Program-made: the position numbers and the translations under genes
Shown here: in pieces, positions 22,070 to 35,230 of the stretch
Position numbering within the stretch: the stretch's first letter is position 1
Layout: each line of letters opens with the position of its first letter
Notes under the pieces: model-generated
What the model was told of the DNA's origin: nothing
The model's database searches: none
What the model saw: only the letters and a program-made list of their open reading frames with translations
Assembly: GCF_963921235.1 (NCBI RefSeq)
Contig: NC_086109.1
Span: 12,648,001 to 12,712,000 of the forward strand
DNA from: Mobula hypostoma
Taxonomy: Eukaryota
Direction of reading: 5' to 3'
Length of the DNA stretch: 64,000 nucleotides

Positions 22070-25000
22070 GCACCCGACATGTAGATTGTCAGTGCTGTGG
22101 GTGGTATAGAAGGTTGTCATAAGTTACAAACAGACAAAGACAGGATGCAGTGCTGGGTGGAGAAGTGGTAGATGGAGTTTAACACTGAAAAATATGTTGT
22201 GATACACTTTGGGTAATCGAACTTTAAGCCAGATTACAAGGTTAATGGCAGGATTCTTAACAGTGAGGAGTTACAGAGGGATATTGGGATCAAATATGTA
22301 GATCCTTTAAAGTTGTTGAGCAAGTTGAAACGGTGTTAAAGGTAAGAGTGACCATAATATGGTGGAATTCTTCATTAAGATGGAGAGTGACATAGTTAAT
22401 TCAGAAACAAAGGTTCTGAACTTAAAGAAGGGTAACTTTGAAGGTATGAGACGTGAATTAGCTAAGATAGACTGGCAAATGACACTAAAAGGGTTGACGG
22501 TGGATATGCAATGGCAAGCATTTAAAGGTTGCATGGATGAACTACAACAATTGTTCATCCCAGTTTGGCAAAAGAATAAATCAAGGAAGGTAGTGCACCC
22601 GTGGCTGACAAGAGAAATTAGGGATAGTATCAATTCCAAAGAAGAAGCATACAAATTAGCCAGAGAAAGTGGCTCACCTGAGGACTGGGAGAAATTCAGA
22701 GTTCAGCAGAGGAGGACAAAGGGCTTAGTTAGGAAGGGGAAAAAAGATTATGAGAGAAAACTGGCAGGGAACATAAAAACGGACTGTAAAAGCTTTTATA
22801 CATATGTAAAAAGGAAAAGACTGGTAAAGACAAATGTAGGTCCCCTGCAGACAGAAACAGGGGAAATGATTATGGGGAGCAAGGACATGGCAGACCAATT
22901 GAATAAATACTTTGGTTCTGTCTTCACTAAGGAGGACATAAATAATCTTCCAGAAATAGTAAGGGACAGAGGGTCCAGTGAGATGGAGGAACTGAGCGAA
23001 ATACATGTTAGTAGGGAAGTGGTGTTAGTTAAATTGAAGGGATTGAAGGCAGGTAAATCCCCAGGGCCAGATGGTCTGCATCCGAGAGTGCTTAAGGAAG
23101 TAGCCCAAGAAATAGTGGATGCATTAGTGATAATTTTTCAAAACTTGTTAGATTCTGGATTAGTTCCTGAGGATTGGAGGGTGGCTAATGTAACCCCACT
23201 TTTTAAAAAAGGAGGGAGAGAGAAACCGGGGAATTATAGACCGGTTAGCCTAACGTCGGTGGTGGGGAAACTGCTGGAGTCAGTTATCAAGGATGTGATA
23301 ACAGCACATTTGGAAAGCGGTGAAATGATCGGACAAAGTCAGCATGGACTTGTGAAAGGAAAATCATGTCTGACGAATCTCATAGAATTTTTTGAGGATG
23401 TAACTAGTAGAGTGGATAGGGGAGAACCAGTGGATGTGGTATATTTGGATTTTCAAAAGGTTTTTGACAAGGTCCCACACAGGAAATTAGTGTGGAAACT
23501 TAAAGCACACGGTATTGGGGGTAAGGTATTGGTGTGGGTGGAGAATTGGTTAGCAGACAGGAAGCAAAGAGTGGGAATAAACGGGACCTTTTCAGAATGG
23601 CAGGCGGTGACTAGTGGGGTACCGCAAGGCTCAGTGCTGGGACCCCAGTTGTTTACAATATATATTAATGACTTGGATGAGGGAATTCAATGCAGTATCT
23701 CTAAGTTTGCAGATGACACGAAGCTGGGTGGCAGTGTTAGCAGTGAGGAGGATGCTAAGAGGATGCAGGGTGACTTGGATAGGTTGGGTGAGTGGGCAAA
23801 TTCATGGCAGATGCAATTTAATGTGGATAAATGTGAAGTTATCCACTTTGGTGGCAAAAATAGGAAAACAGATTATTATCTGAATGGTGGCCGATTAGGA
23901 AAAGGGGAGGTGCAACGAGACCTGGGTGTCATTATACACCAGTCATTGAAAGTGGGCATGCAGGTACAGCAGGCGGTGAAAAAGGCGAATGGTATGCTGG
24001 CAGTTATAGCGAGAGGATTCGAGTACAGGAGCAGGGAGGTACTACTGCAGTTGTACAAGGCCTTGGTGAGACCACACCTGGAGTATTGTGTGCAGTTTTG
24101 GTCCCCTAATCTGAGGAAAGACATCTTTGCCATAGAGGGAGTACAAAGAAGGTTCACCAGATTGATTCCTGGGATGGCAGGAGTTTCATATGAAGAAAGA
24201 TTGAATGAACTGGGCTTGTACTCGTTGGAATTTAGAAGATTGAGGGGGGATCTGATTGAAACGTATAAGCTCCTAAAGGGATTGGACAGGCTAGATGCAG
24301 GAAGATTGTTCCCGATGTTGGGGAAGTCCAGAATGAGGGGTCACAGTTTGAGGATAGAGGGGAAGCCTTTTAGGACCGAGATTAGGAAAAACTTCTTCAC
24401 ACAGAGAGTGGTGAATCTGTGGAATTCTCTGCCACAGGAAACTGTTGAGGCCAGTTCATTGGCTATATTTAAGAGGGAGTTAGATATGGCCCTTGTAGCT
24501 ACGGAGGTCAGGGGGTATGGAGGGAAGGCTGGGGCGGGGTTCTGAGTTGGATGATCAGCCATGATCATAATAAATGGCGGTGCAGGCTCGAAGGGCCGAA
24601 TGGCCTACTCCTGCACCTATTTTCTATGTTTCTATGATGAATGAGGTGCTTGACTTCACCGGTTGAGGGGATCGAATTCAAGAGCCGTAAAGTAATGTCG
24701 CAGCTCTCGAAAACTCTGGTACGATCACTCTTGGAGCGTTGTGGAGAATAAGGCATAGATTGAGTGGACAGCCAGCACCCCCTTCTCATGGTGACAATGA
24801 CCAATATCAGAGGAGATCCATTTAAGGTGAGTGGAAGAATGTTTAGCAGAGATGTAAGAAGTAAGTTTTTTGTTATACAGAGGGTGGTGGGTCCCTGGAA
24901 CGCACTGCAGGCATGGGGGTAGAGGCTGATACAATAGGGACATTTAGAGACTCCTAGATGGGCTTGCACATGTATGTACGAAACAGAGTCTCATGGGCTA

Positions 25001-25080
25001 TGCAGTTGGGAAGTATTTGATTGATCATGGAGTACGGATCAGCACAATACTGTGGGCCAAACTGTTATATGTTCTATGTT
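22070..25080 (+). mobile_element. Old CR1 fragment interrupted by a young CR1
   Basis: Degenerate CR1 RT C-terminal sequence (WQMEFN..VIHFG) at 22070-22339 continues at 24637-25080 and ends in a tatgttctatg tail. Confidence 0.7.
22340..24636 (+). mobile_element. 5'-truncated CR1-type LINE (young family, copy 2) with uninterrupted RT frame
   Basis: 728-aa ORF 22359-24545 with YLDFQKVFD, GVPQGSVLGP and FADD; endonuclease N-terminus missing; (TTTCTATG)n tail; nearly identical to 12759-14540. Confidence 0.95.
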
Positions 25081-25147
25081 ATAACAAAACTGGTTTACTT
25101 TCTCTCCACTTTTCAAAATTACTCTTTTTTCTCAGTTTTATTTGCAG

Positions 25148-25274
25148 TTGATCCTTTCGTTATAATACCATGAAGGTATGGATAACACAGTGAGTGATAT
25201 TTCTGTGTTTTCTGATTTATCGGCAATATTTACTTTTTGGCATCTGTAAACACAGACCCATTCATTACTCAGGG
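25148..25274 (+). pseudogene. Decayed TM-like exon (copy 1)
   Basis: Long pyrimidine tract ending tttgcAG; YNTMKVWITQ*VIFLCFLIYRQYLLFGICKHR; possible donor GGG|GTAGTC; 1-nt deletion relative to the 32593 copy. Confidence 0.4.
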
Positions 25275-27664
25275 GTAGTCTGTATGGAGATTGGTTAATA
25301 CTGATTTGATCAATTGATAGGCAAAGCCCAGCCCAGCACAACAATGAGCATATCTACAGCAGTGTATTGCCATGAGAGAGCAGAATCCATCATCAAGGAC
25401 GTCCATCATACAAACATGTTCTCTTCTCACTGGCAAGGACACAGAGAAGCCTTAGGCCCAAAGCCCACAGATTCAGGAAACTTCAGCTAACAGGCTCCTG
25501 AGCCAGAGTGGTTTACTTTGGTCACTTAACACAGAAAAGATCACTGAACACAGCCTGTACGCTCACTTTCAAGGACTCTACAATTTTATGTTCTCAGTAT
25601 TAATTAATTTCTTATTTATTGTGTTTGCGCAGATTGGCTTCCTTTGCACATTTGTCGTTCATCAGTTTTTGTGTGTAGTTTTTCATTGATTCTATTGTTT
25701 TTCTTTGTTCTCCAATGAAAGCTTGCAAGAAAACGAATCTCTGGGTAGTATATAGTGATTTATATGTATTTTGAAAATAAATTTGCTTTGGATTTTTTGA
25801 GCTTTGATAAAGTGCATGATTACTTACCTATCAGAACACATTTTGTAGAAATGGAGTGAGAAAGAGACTCAAGCATAAAGATCTGCAGTCATGGCACAAA
25901 TGTACTAAAGGACCAGCAGTAGAAATAAAAGTTGGGTGCTGATTAAAATGAGTCAGTTGCTGATTATTGGAGCTTGCATTGGTCATCAGGGTGTGAATCT
26001 GCAAATAAATGGTGTAAGTTTTCTCAGAACTAACACGTGACTGTAACCCATAAATGTACATACATAGAATAGAACATCCTGGAAATCGAACAAAGGGTGA
26101 ACTTCATTATTGTAATTATAACCAGAGTAGTTTTTTTGCTGAAATATATGCACTTCAATAATAAACTCAATTTGAATTTTGAACTTTAAAATGCCTCACT
26201 GACAAGGAGCAATACAGCACAATATCCGTCACCTCCGATGCAAGGATGTGAAGCAAAAACACCAAATAACACCAATAACACCAGAGTCTGTTTGGAGCTC
26301 ATGACCTCCTCAGGATAGGGTTAGCTAATGAGTGTTGATTATCTGCAGATAATTCCACATGCAGTGGTCCCACTTGTAAACCTGGACCTGTTAAACCTGA
26401 GCTTGTTAATAGTCTGAATGAAGGAACTTGTTTATTTTTTTTCTGCTGCAAAACAACACAGTTTACATCAGAAGACAGAGAAAACAAACCTGATTTTGAT
26501 TCTGAAATGGACACTTCCCCGTTCCAGGCTGTCTCAAGCAGTTCTCAAAGGATATTGTTAGAACTTCTGTGTTGTTTACTTCTCTTAGAAAACAGAATTT
26601 AGGGAAGAACTAATAAATGCCTTATGTAAACAAGCTATTGCATCTCCTTCCTGCATTGCTCCATCACTTAAGAGCATAAGACCAGAAGACGTTAAGAGAT
26701 AGGAACAGAATTAGGCCATTTAGCCCATTGCTTCTGCTCCACCATTCTGTAAGAGCTGATTTATTATTCACCTTAGCCCCATTTTCCCTGTAATCTTCGG
26801 CACCCTTCCTAATCAAAAACCTATCAACATCCACTTAAAATACCCCTAATGACTTAGACTCCACAGCAGTCTTTGCCAATGAATTCCACAGATTCACCAC
26901 ATCTGGCTAAAGAAATTCCTCCTCATCACTGTTCTCAAGGGAAGTCCTTATATTCTGAGTCTGTGCCCTCTGGTCCGAGACTCCCGCACCATAGGAAATA
27001 TAGTCTCCACATACACTCCATTGAGTTTCCACGCCCTTCACTATAAAGAGGTTTCAATGAAACTTCCCCATCATTCTTCTAAACTCCAGCAAGTACAGGA
27101 GAGAGCCATCAACACCCCTTCATAAGTTAACCCTTTCCTTCCTGTGATGATTCCCATGAGTCTACTCTGGACCCTCTCCAAATACGACACACCTTTTCAT
27201 GAATAGGGGTTCCAAGACTGCTCACCATATTCCAAGTGTGGTCTGACCAAGACCTTATAAAGCCTCAGTCCTTGGATAACTTCCCAAAAACAGACTGGAA
27301 AACATTTTATGATCCCACTGTTGTATTTACAGGGGTGCACAGGATTAGGATTAGTTTCAAACATAACGGCCTTTTCCCTTTTCCTCACCAAATTATTATC
27401 GATATTCAGTAATTATTTGTTGAAGGATGTTTTGTATCTCTGCACTTGTTCACGTCAGCATATTGCACCATGGTCATCGAGAAGTTTTCCAAAAAGTGAT
27501 GGGGCAATGCAGGAAGAGACCCGAACATCTGTCAGTGTGTAGCATCTGTTGGTACTTCTCTATATTCTATTTGCTAAGATGAGCAATGAAGACAGAAGTT
27601 CTAACCACATCCTTCACTGAGGGTGAACATGACACAGATGACAGCAGTGACTGATGCAATAGAG

Positions 27665-28721
27665 TCGGAACCCAGAGCATCGGAGACCCGGGACCCGGAG
27701 CATTGGAGCCCGGATCACCGGAGATCCGGAGCACCAGAAGCCTGGAGACCTGGAATCCAGAGCATCGGAAGCCCGGAGATCCGGAAACCGGAGCATCAGA
27801 GCCCAGACTCGGAACTTGGAACATCAGAGCCCGGACCTCTGTTGGACACAGGACACGGAACACTGAGCTGGGGCTCCTCCTTGGGTACAGGACATAGAGC
27901 TGGGACTCTTCCCTTAGACACAGGACATGGAAAACTGAGCCAGGGCTCCTCCTTGGATACAGAACAAAGAGCCGGGACTCTTCTTTTAGTCACAGGACAC
28001 TGAACACTGAGAGACCGGATTCCCTAACTCAGAGTAGCAGCACACGGCCGGACCTACTCAGTGGAGACGAGAACACGGAGAGACAGTTCCCTACTCAGGG
28101 TAGTGGCAAATGGCCAGACCTATCCAGTGGAGACGAGGACACGAGGAGACAGTTCCTAACATAGAGTAGCAGCAAAATGGCCGGACCTACTCACCAGAGA
28201 CGAGGACACGAAGGGACGGTACCACACAACAATAGACAGTTCACACCTTGACATGAAATGGCTCCAAGTAGTGGCAAGCCCTTGATATGGCCCAGGAACT
28301 ACAGACAGCAGCTCTAGTCTCACTCCGGTGGGTTAACTTGATGGACCCGCTCTGGTGAGGTAGCTCAGCGGCTCGATCAGGCAAGGTAATTTAACAGGCT
28401 GGCTCCGGTGAAGGGAGGCGACTTACTGGCACTGGCTTCGGGGAGAAGACTTGAGTAGCTCCGACGATGTAACCTGGCTCGTTCCGGCAGGGTGACTTGC
28501 TCGCACTTGCTTTGGTGATGTCCGATGACGATCTAGAGCCGAATAGCTGTAAGCCCGACACTAAATACTGCTCGTTCAGCTGAGACTCAAGTGCCTTTGA
28601 TTACAGAGCCCAAGAAACACGGGGAAACAATGAATTAAGGAAGACAAGGAGTCAACGGTCCTGATTGTGACACAAAGTAAATTTAAAGGGACCCAGGGAA
28701 TAACCAATCAGGACCTTGACA
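27665..28721 (-). mobile_element. Truncated or compound LTR sequence with internal tandem repeats
   Basis: Right end caaagtaaatttaaagggacc..ggaccttgaca is the reverse complement of the start of the 44478 LTR; a second TGTGACA end at 28672; ~65-bp triple repeat at 28020-28215; left end deleted. Confidence 0.7.
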
Positions 28722-29981
28722 CACTCATGCCTAATATACTGCACTGTTTTCTCCTCAGACAAATGTAACACACCCAAAGTAACAAAAGCTCTCCATATTT
28801 ATTTAATTATTTAATCATTTAGTTATTTATATGCAATGTGAAATTAAAATTTTCTAAACAACTGTAAAACCAGCAAATAAAATTCAGGACAATATAAATC
28901 AGCCACGTTCTTGGATCACCTCAACTCTCACACCACAATGAAATCAAGGTTGAACAATGAAGCAACGTACACAAAATTCCAGAGGAACTTAGCAGGTGGG
29001 CAGTTGAACAATTAACACTGTTTAGTTACATTTCAAGATGGCACCAATAAGTAGCGACTATGCATGCAGCTCCAATGGGAATCATCAAATATTCCTATTT
29101 AGGACTGCTATAGTTAATTTCACGACATACAGTATGCCGGTGATGTTAAACCTGATTCTGATTCTGATTCTGTGTTTATTCTCCAATATGTGTGACATGT
29201 GGGAATTCTAATCCCTTGGACTGAAGCTCTCCTCAGACTCCATCTGCCCCAGGGAATCGCACAGCATGAATCTGGATAGATCACCCTTCGACTAACATAG
29301 AAAGAAGTGCAGAAGGTAAGATAGAAATGTCTTCTTCTTGGACAAATGTGACCTATACATTGACTGTGCCCCATGAATCTATGAGAAAAAGAAACTACAG
29401 GAGCTGTCTACGTATGCAGACTATTTCCTTTCAAAATGGAGTTGATTTGGTTTAAGAAGAGATCTGACGTGGATTTTACCCACTGTGAATGGGTAATTCC
29501 ATTCAGTGGGTTTTCCCCTCATACTGGACTGAAGCAAGGTGAAATCCCATCACAGCTCTTGAAATTGCACCGAAAACTGGAATAGAATTCAGAAAGGTAA
29601 GCTTTTAAGGCTCCTTCGAAGATCGGCCATGGCCTTTAGAGAGGGGAGAGAATGAAGTGAAGTACTGTCTGCTGGGTTTGCATGAAAAACCCTTTCACAT
29701 CACACCTATTTCCTATTTTTTTCCTTTCTCAGCAGCAAGTTCTATAAAACACGTTTGATTGAATGATCATCAAGGCAGATCCAGAATGATGCACAAATCT
29801 TGGAGTCCATAATTCCCCAAAATTTGGAATCGGGGGAGATGGTAAAGTAGGTGGTAAAGAGAGCTTATGGCATTGGGCCAGCATTAATCATTCAAGAATT
29901 TATGTTACAAATGTATAAAAATACAGTTAGAACACACTTGGGGATTGCCTGTATTAGAAGACCATAAAACCAGAAGACATA

Positions 29982-30636
29982 TGTATCCAGAGAGCCATGC
30001 CTGTCACGGCTCAACACTGCCCTCTACCTGGTCAGAAGGCACACCACATGCCAGTCAACATTGCACCCCTCCCAACCAATCAATGCACACTTAACCATTG
30101 GCCACCTTAATTGGATTAACCCATCTAGCACCAAGCCATTGGCCCCCTGATGAATCACCTGGACTGGACTCTCCAGCCCCCTGACCCATAAAGGGTGCTA
30201 CATGTGCTTGGGTTGCTCTCCTTTTTGCCATCCTCGAGGGACCACCCTGCTTCACTCCAGGCTGAAGACTACACAACAGTGCTGGAGACATGTGGTGCAC
30301 TGTGCATTGAATAGGGTTTTGGGAGCGTTTATTGTTGTCTCTGTAGCAGAGAGCAGTGTCTACCCATAGTCAAGGGGTGGCAGGTATTGCAGTTACTTTT
30401 CCCTTGCTTGTATATGTACCTGTACTTTGTCCTCACACTGTTTTCCTGTGTATTGTACTGCTGACCCGACTTTTCCCATGCTTGACTATTCTAAGCGTGT
30501 TTGTCCGAATATTGTAGCTGCTTGTGTTGTCCTCAAGCTCTTCTCCCCTTGTGAATAAACTCCTTATTGTTAAAACTGTGTGTCCAGAATCCTTGCCTTT
30601 GAGGCCCAAAGAATCTATCTCATTTCCATCATAACA
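29982..30636 (+). mobile_element. Solo LTR of a different family
   Basis: TG..CA ends, ACATA/CCATA flanks, CCAAT-like boxes, cataaag TATA-like element, AATAAA at ~30555. Absent from the paralogous site at ~35815-35835. Confidence 0.7.
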
Positions 30637-31249
30637 CCATAGGAGAAGAATTAGGCTATCCTTCCCATTGGATCTATTCCAACATTTCATCATTCAAAAG
30701 TTCAAAGTGCAATGTATATTTATTTTCAACTCTTAAAATCCATCTCTTTTTGGCAGCCACAAAACAAAGAAACCCAAAATAGCCCATCAATAAAAGAAGA
30801 TCAAAAATCTCCTGAAGTGCAGAGAGAGAGAGAAATGTGCAAAAACAATAAAAGAAAGCAAATGGTATTTAGAATGAAAGTACGTCCTCAGACTCGAAGC
30901 CCAGAGCAGCCTGAGCAGGCCATAGCATCAGCCTGAATTTAGAGTACAGCATGGTAAATGTCGTGGAGCCTGTAAACACGAAGCCCACAACTTCTTACTC
31001 ACAATCACAAAAACACTTAACATGTGCTCTTTCCCTTTCCACCATGAGCACTTCTCCCAATGACTCAACACACCTAACATTTTTAATCAAGCAAAATATC
31101 AAACTTCTGGAGGATTCCAGGGAGACAGGTGTGTTCTACATAGGCAGAGTGGACAGCATTTCAGATTAATCCTCTGCTTCAGGACAAATCCAGATCTTTA
31201 TTTTTGCTTCAAGTTAAAATATCTGCTGTTGCTTGTGGCTGAGAAGTTC

Positions 31250-32520
31250 AGATATAGGAGCAGAATTAGGTATTTGGCTCATTGAGCCTGCTCCGCCAAT
31301 TCATCATGGAAAATCCAATTTTGCTCTTAGCCCCAATCTCCTGCTTTTCTCCCCATATCTATTCATGCTCTGACCAATGAAGAAGCTATCAATCTTTGCC
31401 TTAATTATACATGAAGACTCGGCCTCCACAGCTTCATGTGGCAAAAATTCCAGAGGTTCACCAATCTCTGACTTTGAAATTCCTCCTCATCTCCATTCTA
31501 AATTCACACACCCCTATTCTGAGGCTATGTTGTCTAGTCTTAGACTCTCCCACCAAAGGAAGCATCCTTTCCACATCCACTCTACCAAGGCCTCTCACCA
31601 TGTGATAGGTTTCAATTAGGTCTCTGCTCATTCTTCTGAATTCTATTGAATATAGGCCTAGAGCCATCAAATGCTCTTCATATGAAATGCCATTCAATTC
31701 TGGAATCATTTTCATGAAATTCCTTTGAACCCCCTCCAGTTTCAGCACATCCTTTTCAAGATAAGGAGCTGCTCGCAATACTCCAAATGAGGCCTCACTA
31801 GTATTTTATGAAGTCTCAACATTACATCTTTGCTTTTATATTCTAACATCATATTTGCCTTCCTTACCACAGACTCAACCTGCAAAATAACCTTGAGGGA
31901 ATCCTGCACAAGAACTCTCAAGTCCCTTTGTGCCTCAGTTTTTGGTATTTTCTCTCCATTTAGAAAGTAGTTCATCCTTTCATTTCTTCTATCAAAGTGC
32001 ATGACCAAACACTTCCCGACACTCTATTCCATCAGCCATTTCTTTGCCCATTCTCAGATACTTAAAGAAGGTGTATGATGTGCTGGACTTCACTAGTTGA
32101 TGTGATTGAGTTCAAGAGCCACAAGGAAATATTGCAGCTCTATAAAACTCTGGTTTGATCACACATGGAGTATTGTGGAGTATAAAGCATAGATTGAGTG
32201 GATAGGCAGCACACCGATCTCATCATGACAAAGACCAGTACCAGAGGACACCCATTTAAAGTGAGTGGAGGAAAGTTTAGGGGAGATGTAAGAGGTACAG
32301 TGAGTGGCAGCTCACTGGAATGCACTGTAGGTTTGATGATAGAGGCTGATACAACAGGGACATTTAAGAAGCTCTGAGAGAGCCACATACATATATGTAT
32401 TAAAATAGAGTGTTAAGTGCAACGTAGGAGGGAAGAATTAGCTTGATCATGGAATACAATTTAGCACTAATCTGGGGGCCAAAGGGCCTGTACTGTGCTG
32501 TAGTGTTCTATGTTCTCTGT
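31250..32520. mobile_element. Two CR1 3' fragments in opposite orientation
   Basis: Minus ORFs 31458-31778 and 31742-32008 (LVRPHLEYCEQ, PYLEKDVLKLEGVQR) followed by a plus-strand fragment ending ttctatgttc. Confidence 0.75.
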
Positions 32521-32592
32521 TCCTACAAATATCATAATGAGTTTTTGTTCTCATCTCTTTTCAGAATTTCTCCTTTTTAGTTTTATATGCAG

Positions 32593-32720
32593 TTGATGCC
32601 CTTCATTAGAATACCATGGAGGTATGGATACCATATTGAATGATATTTGTCTGTTTTCTAATTTGTGGGCAATATTGACTTACATGCTTCTATAAAAAAC
32701 AGAGCCATTCGTGACTCAGA
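32593..32720 (+). pseudogene. Decayed TM-like exon (copy 2)
   Basis: ttttatatgcAG acceptor; (V)DALH*NTMEVWIPY*MIFVCFLICGQY*LTCFYKKQ; donor lost. Confidence 0.4.
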
Positions 32721-34599
32721 GATGGTCTGTGTGGAAATTGGTCAAGACTGATCAGATCATAGGTAAAGCCCTCCCATACAATGAGCAGACCGACAAAGGA
32801 GGGTTTCCACAAGAAAGCAGGATCCATCATCAAGGATCCTCATCATCCAGACATGCTCTCTTCTCACTGCTCCCTTTGGAAAGTCCCAATCAGCTTCAGG
32901 AACAGTTCAGCCATTGGACTCCTGAACCAGGTATTGATAACTTCACTCAGCTCAACAGTGAAGTGCTCACTGAACACGACCTATGGACTGGCTTTCAATG
33001 TCTCCACAACTCATGTCTCAGTCTTATATTTACAATCAATAATTTTTTTGTATTTGCATAGTTTACCTTCCATTGCAGATTATATTTTGTCAGCTCTTGT
33101 GTGCAGTTTTTATTGATTCTATTGTACTACTTTGTTCTACTGTGAATGCCTGTAAGAAAATGGAACTGAGGATAGAATATGGTAACGCATACAAACTTTG
33201 CTACTAAAGTTACTATGAAGATTTTCAAGTTTGATAAGGTTACTGACTTTTCATAACACATTTTGTCGAAATGGAGTGAGAAAGAGACACAGCATGAACA
33301 TTTCCAGTCACTATACAGAGGTCTTAAAGCAGAATGAGCAATGGAAATAAAAGTTGGGTGCTGAATAAAATGAGAGAGCTGCAAATTATTGCAGCTTACA
33401 TTGGTCATCAGGGCATGAATCTGCAAATAGATGGTGTGACTTTTCTCAGTATAGATCTGTGACTGTAACCCATGAATGTACAAGAAATGGTTTTGAAAAT
33501 GAGAGAAGGTGAACTGCATTATTGTCATTATAATCAGGATAGTTTAAGCTGACATGTATGTACCTTCATAATAAATTGAATTTGAATTTTGAACTTTGAA
33601 AAGCCTCAGCGGCTGGTAGGAATATGGCATAATAACCTTTGCCTGCTGTGTGAGGATGTGACACAATAACACTGGAGTCCGATGAAGCTCATGCCCTCTT
33701 CAGCTCAGGGTTATCTGATGGGTGTTGATTGCCTGGGGGTAATTCCAGAACCTGTGGTCCCACTTGTGGACCTGGACCTGTTAAACCGGAGCTCATTAAT
33801 GCTCTGAGGCAAGGAACTTACTTAGTTTTCCTACTGCAAAACAACACATTTCACATCAGAAGACAGTGAAAATATTCTGATTCTGAAAGGGACCCTTTCC
33901 TTTTCCGAGGACATCCCAAAGTACTGCTCAATGAGTAAGTTTAGAACTTCTGTGCTCAGAAGACAGTATTCAGGGTAGATCCAATGGAAGCTTCAAGTCA
34001 ACTAGCTGTTGCATTCTCTTCCTGCATTACTTCATCACTTAAGACCACAGACCAGAAGACAATAAAACAGAACAGAATTAGGCCACTCAGCCCATTGAAT
34101 CTGACCTATACCTTTTAAAGCCTCAGTTCTTGGATAACTTCCCAACAACTGCCTGGTAAACATTTTATAATCCCACCATTGTATTTACAGGGCTGCACAG
34201 GATTGGGATTAGGTTTCAACACAATGGTTAAGTGGCCTTTTCACTTCCCTTAATTGTTATTGTTGTTCAATGATCTCGATGCTGAAACAAAATAGTTTTG
34301 TTGAAGATGTTTAGTTTCTCTGCACTTGTTCACATCAGCATGTTGCACCATGGTTGTTGAGGTGTTTTCCAAGAAGTGATGGGGCAACACAGGAGGAGAC
34401 CAGAACATCTGTCATCTATAGAGAAGTACCAACAGCTGTTCGTACTTCTCCATATTCTGTTTGCTATGGCAAGTAAAGAAGACAGAAGTTCTAACCACAT
34501 CCTTCACTGAGGGTGAACACTACACAACTGACAGCAGTAACTGATACAACAGAGTCAGCTCTCATATTATACAAGGTATCATTTACAAATAGGCAATGT

Positions 34600-35230
34600 G
34601 TGGTGAGGCGAGGCTGTTGTAGTTATAAAGAAGGCAAGACAGTGGCTGTACATAATTAGGAGATCGAAGAGATTTGGTATGTCAAAAAATACACTCAAAA
34701 ATATCTATAGTTGTACTGTGGAGAGCATTCTGACAGGTTGCATCACTGTCTTGTATGGAGGGGCTACTGCACAGGACCAGAAGAAGCAGCAGAAGGTTGT
34801 AAATCTAGTCAGTTCTATCTTGGGTACTAGTCTTCAAAGTACCCAGGACAGCTTCAGGGAGTGGTGTCATGGAAAGGCAGCATCCATTATTAAGGACCTC
34901 CAGCACCCAGGGCATGCCCTTTTCTCACTGTCACCATCAGGTAGGAGATACAGAAGCCTGAAGGCACACACTCAGCGATTCAGGAACAGCTTCTTCCCCT
35001 CTGCCATCTGATTCCTAAATTGACATTGAATCTTTGGACACTACCTCACTTTTTTTAAATATACAGTATTTCTGATTTTGCATGCTTTTTAACAAAAATA
35101 TTAAATATATGTATACTGTAATTGATTTACTTGTTTACTTATTATTATTATTTTCTCTGCTAGATTATGTATTGCATTGAACTGCTGCTGCTAAGTTAAC
35201 AAATGCCGATGATAATAAATCTGATTCTGA
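34600..35230 (+). mobile_element. Rex1/Babar-like LINE 3' fragment
   Basis: KNIYSCTVESILTGCITVLYG..HPGHALFSLSPSGRRYRSLKAHTQRFRNSFFPSAI; tctgattctga tail. Related fragments at 25340-25810, 32760-33240, 39520-39870 (-) and 47230-47620 (-). Confidence 0.85.

Larger units (their letters stand above)
25080..31250 (+). repeat. Segmental duplication unit, copy 2
   Basis: 25080-26300 aligns to 32520-33700; blocks A-D follow; the pre-promoter block at 31040-31240 matches 36530-36720 and 48370-48540 and is then cut by a CR1. Confidence 0.85.

Noticed and set aside
22359-24545. 728-aa ORF as a host gene
   Set aside because: It is CR1 ORF2 reverse transcriptase with the typical 3' tail and near-identical copies elsewhere in the window.
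33262-33362. SLYRGL / SHYTEV tyrosine motifs as an inhibitory tail exon
   Set aside because: The acceptor is mutated, a stop lies in frame, and the paralogous copy at ~25848 lacks the Tyr; too weak to call.
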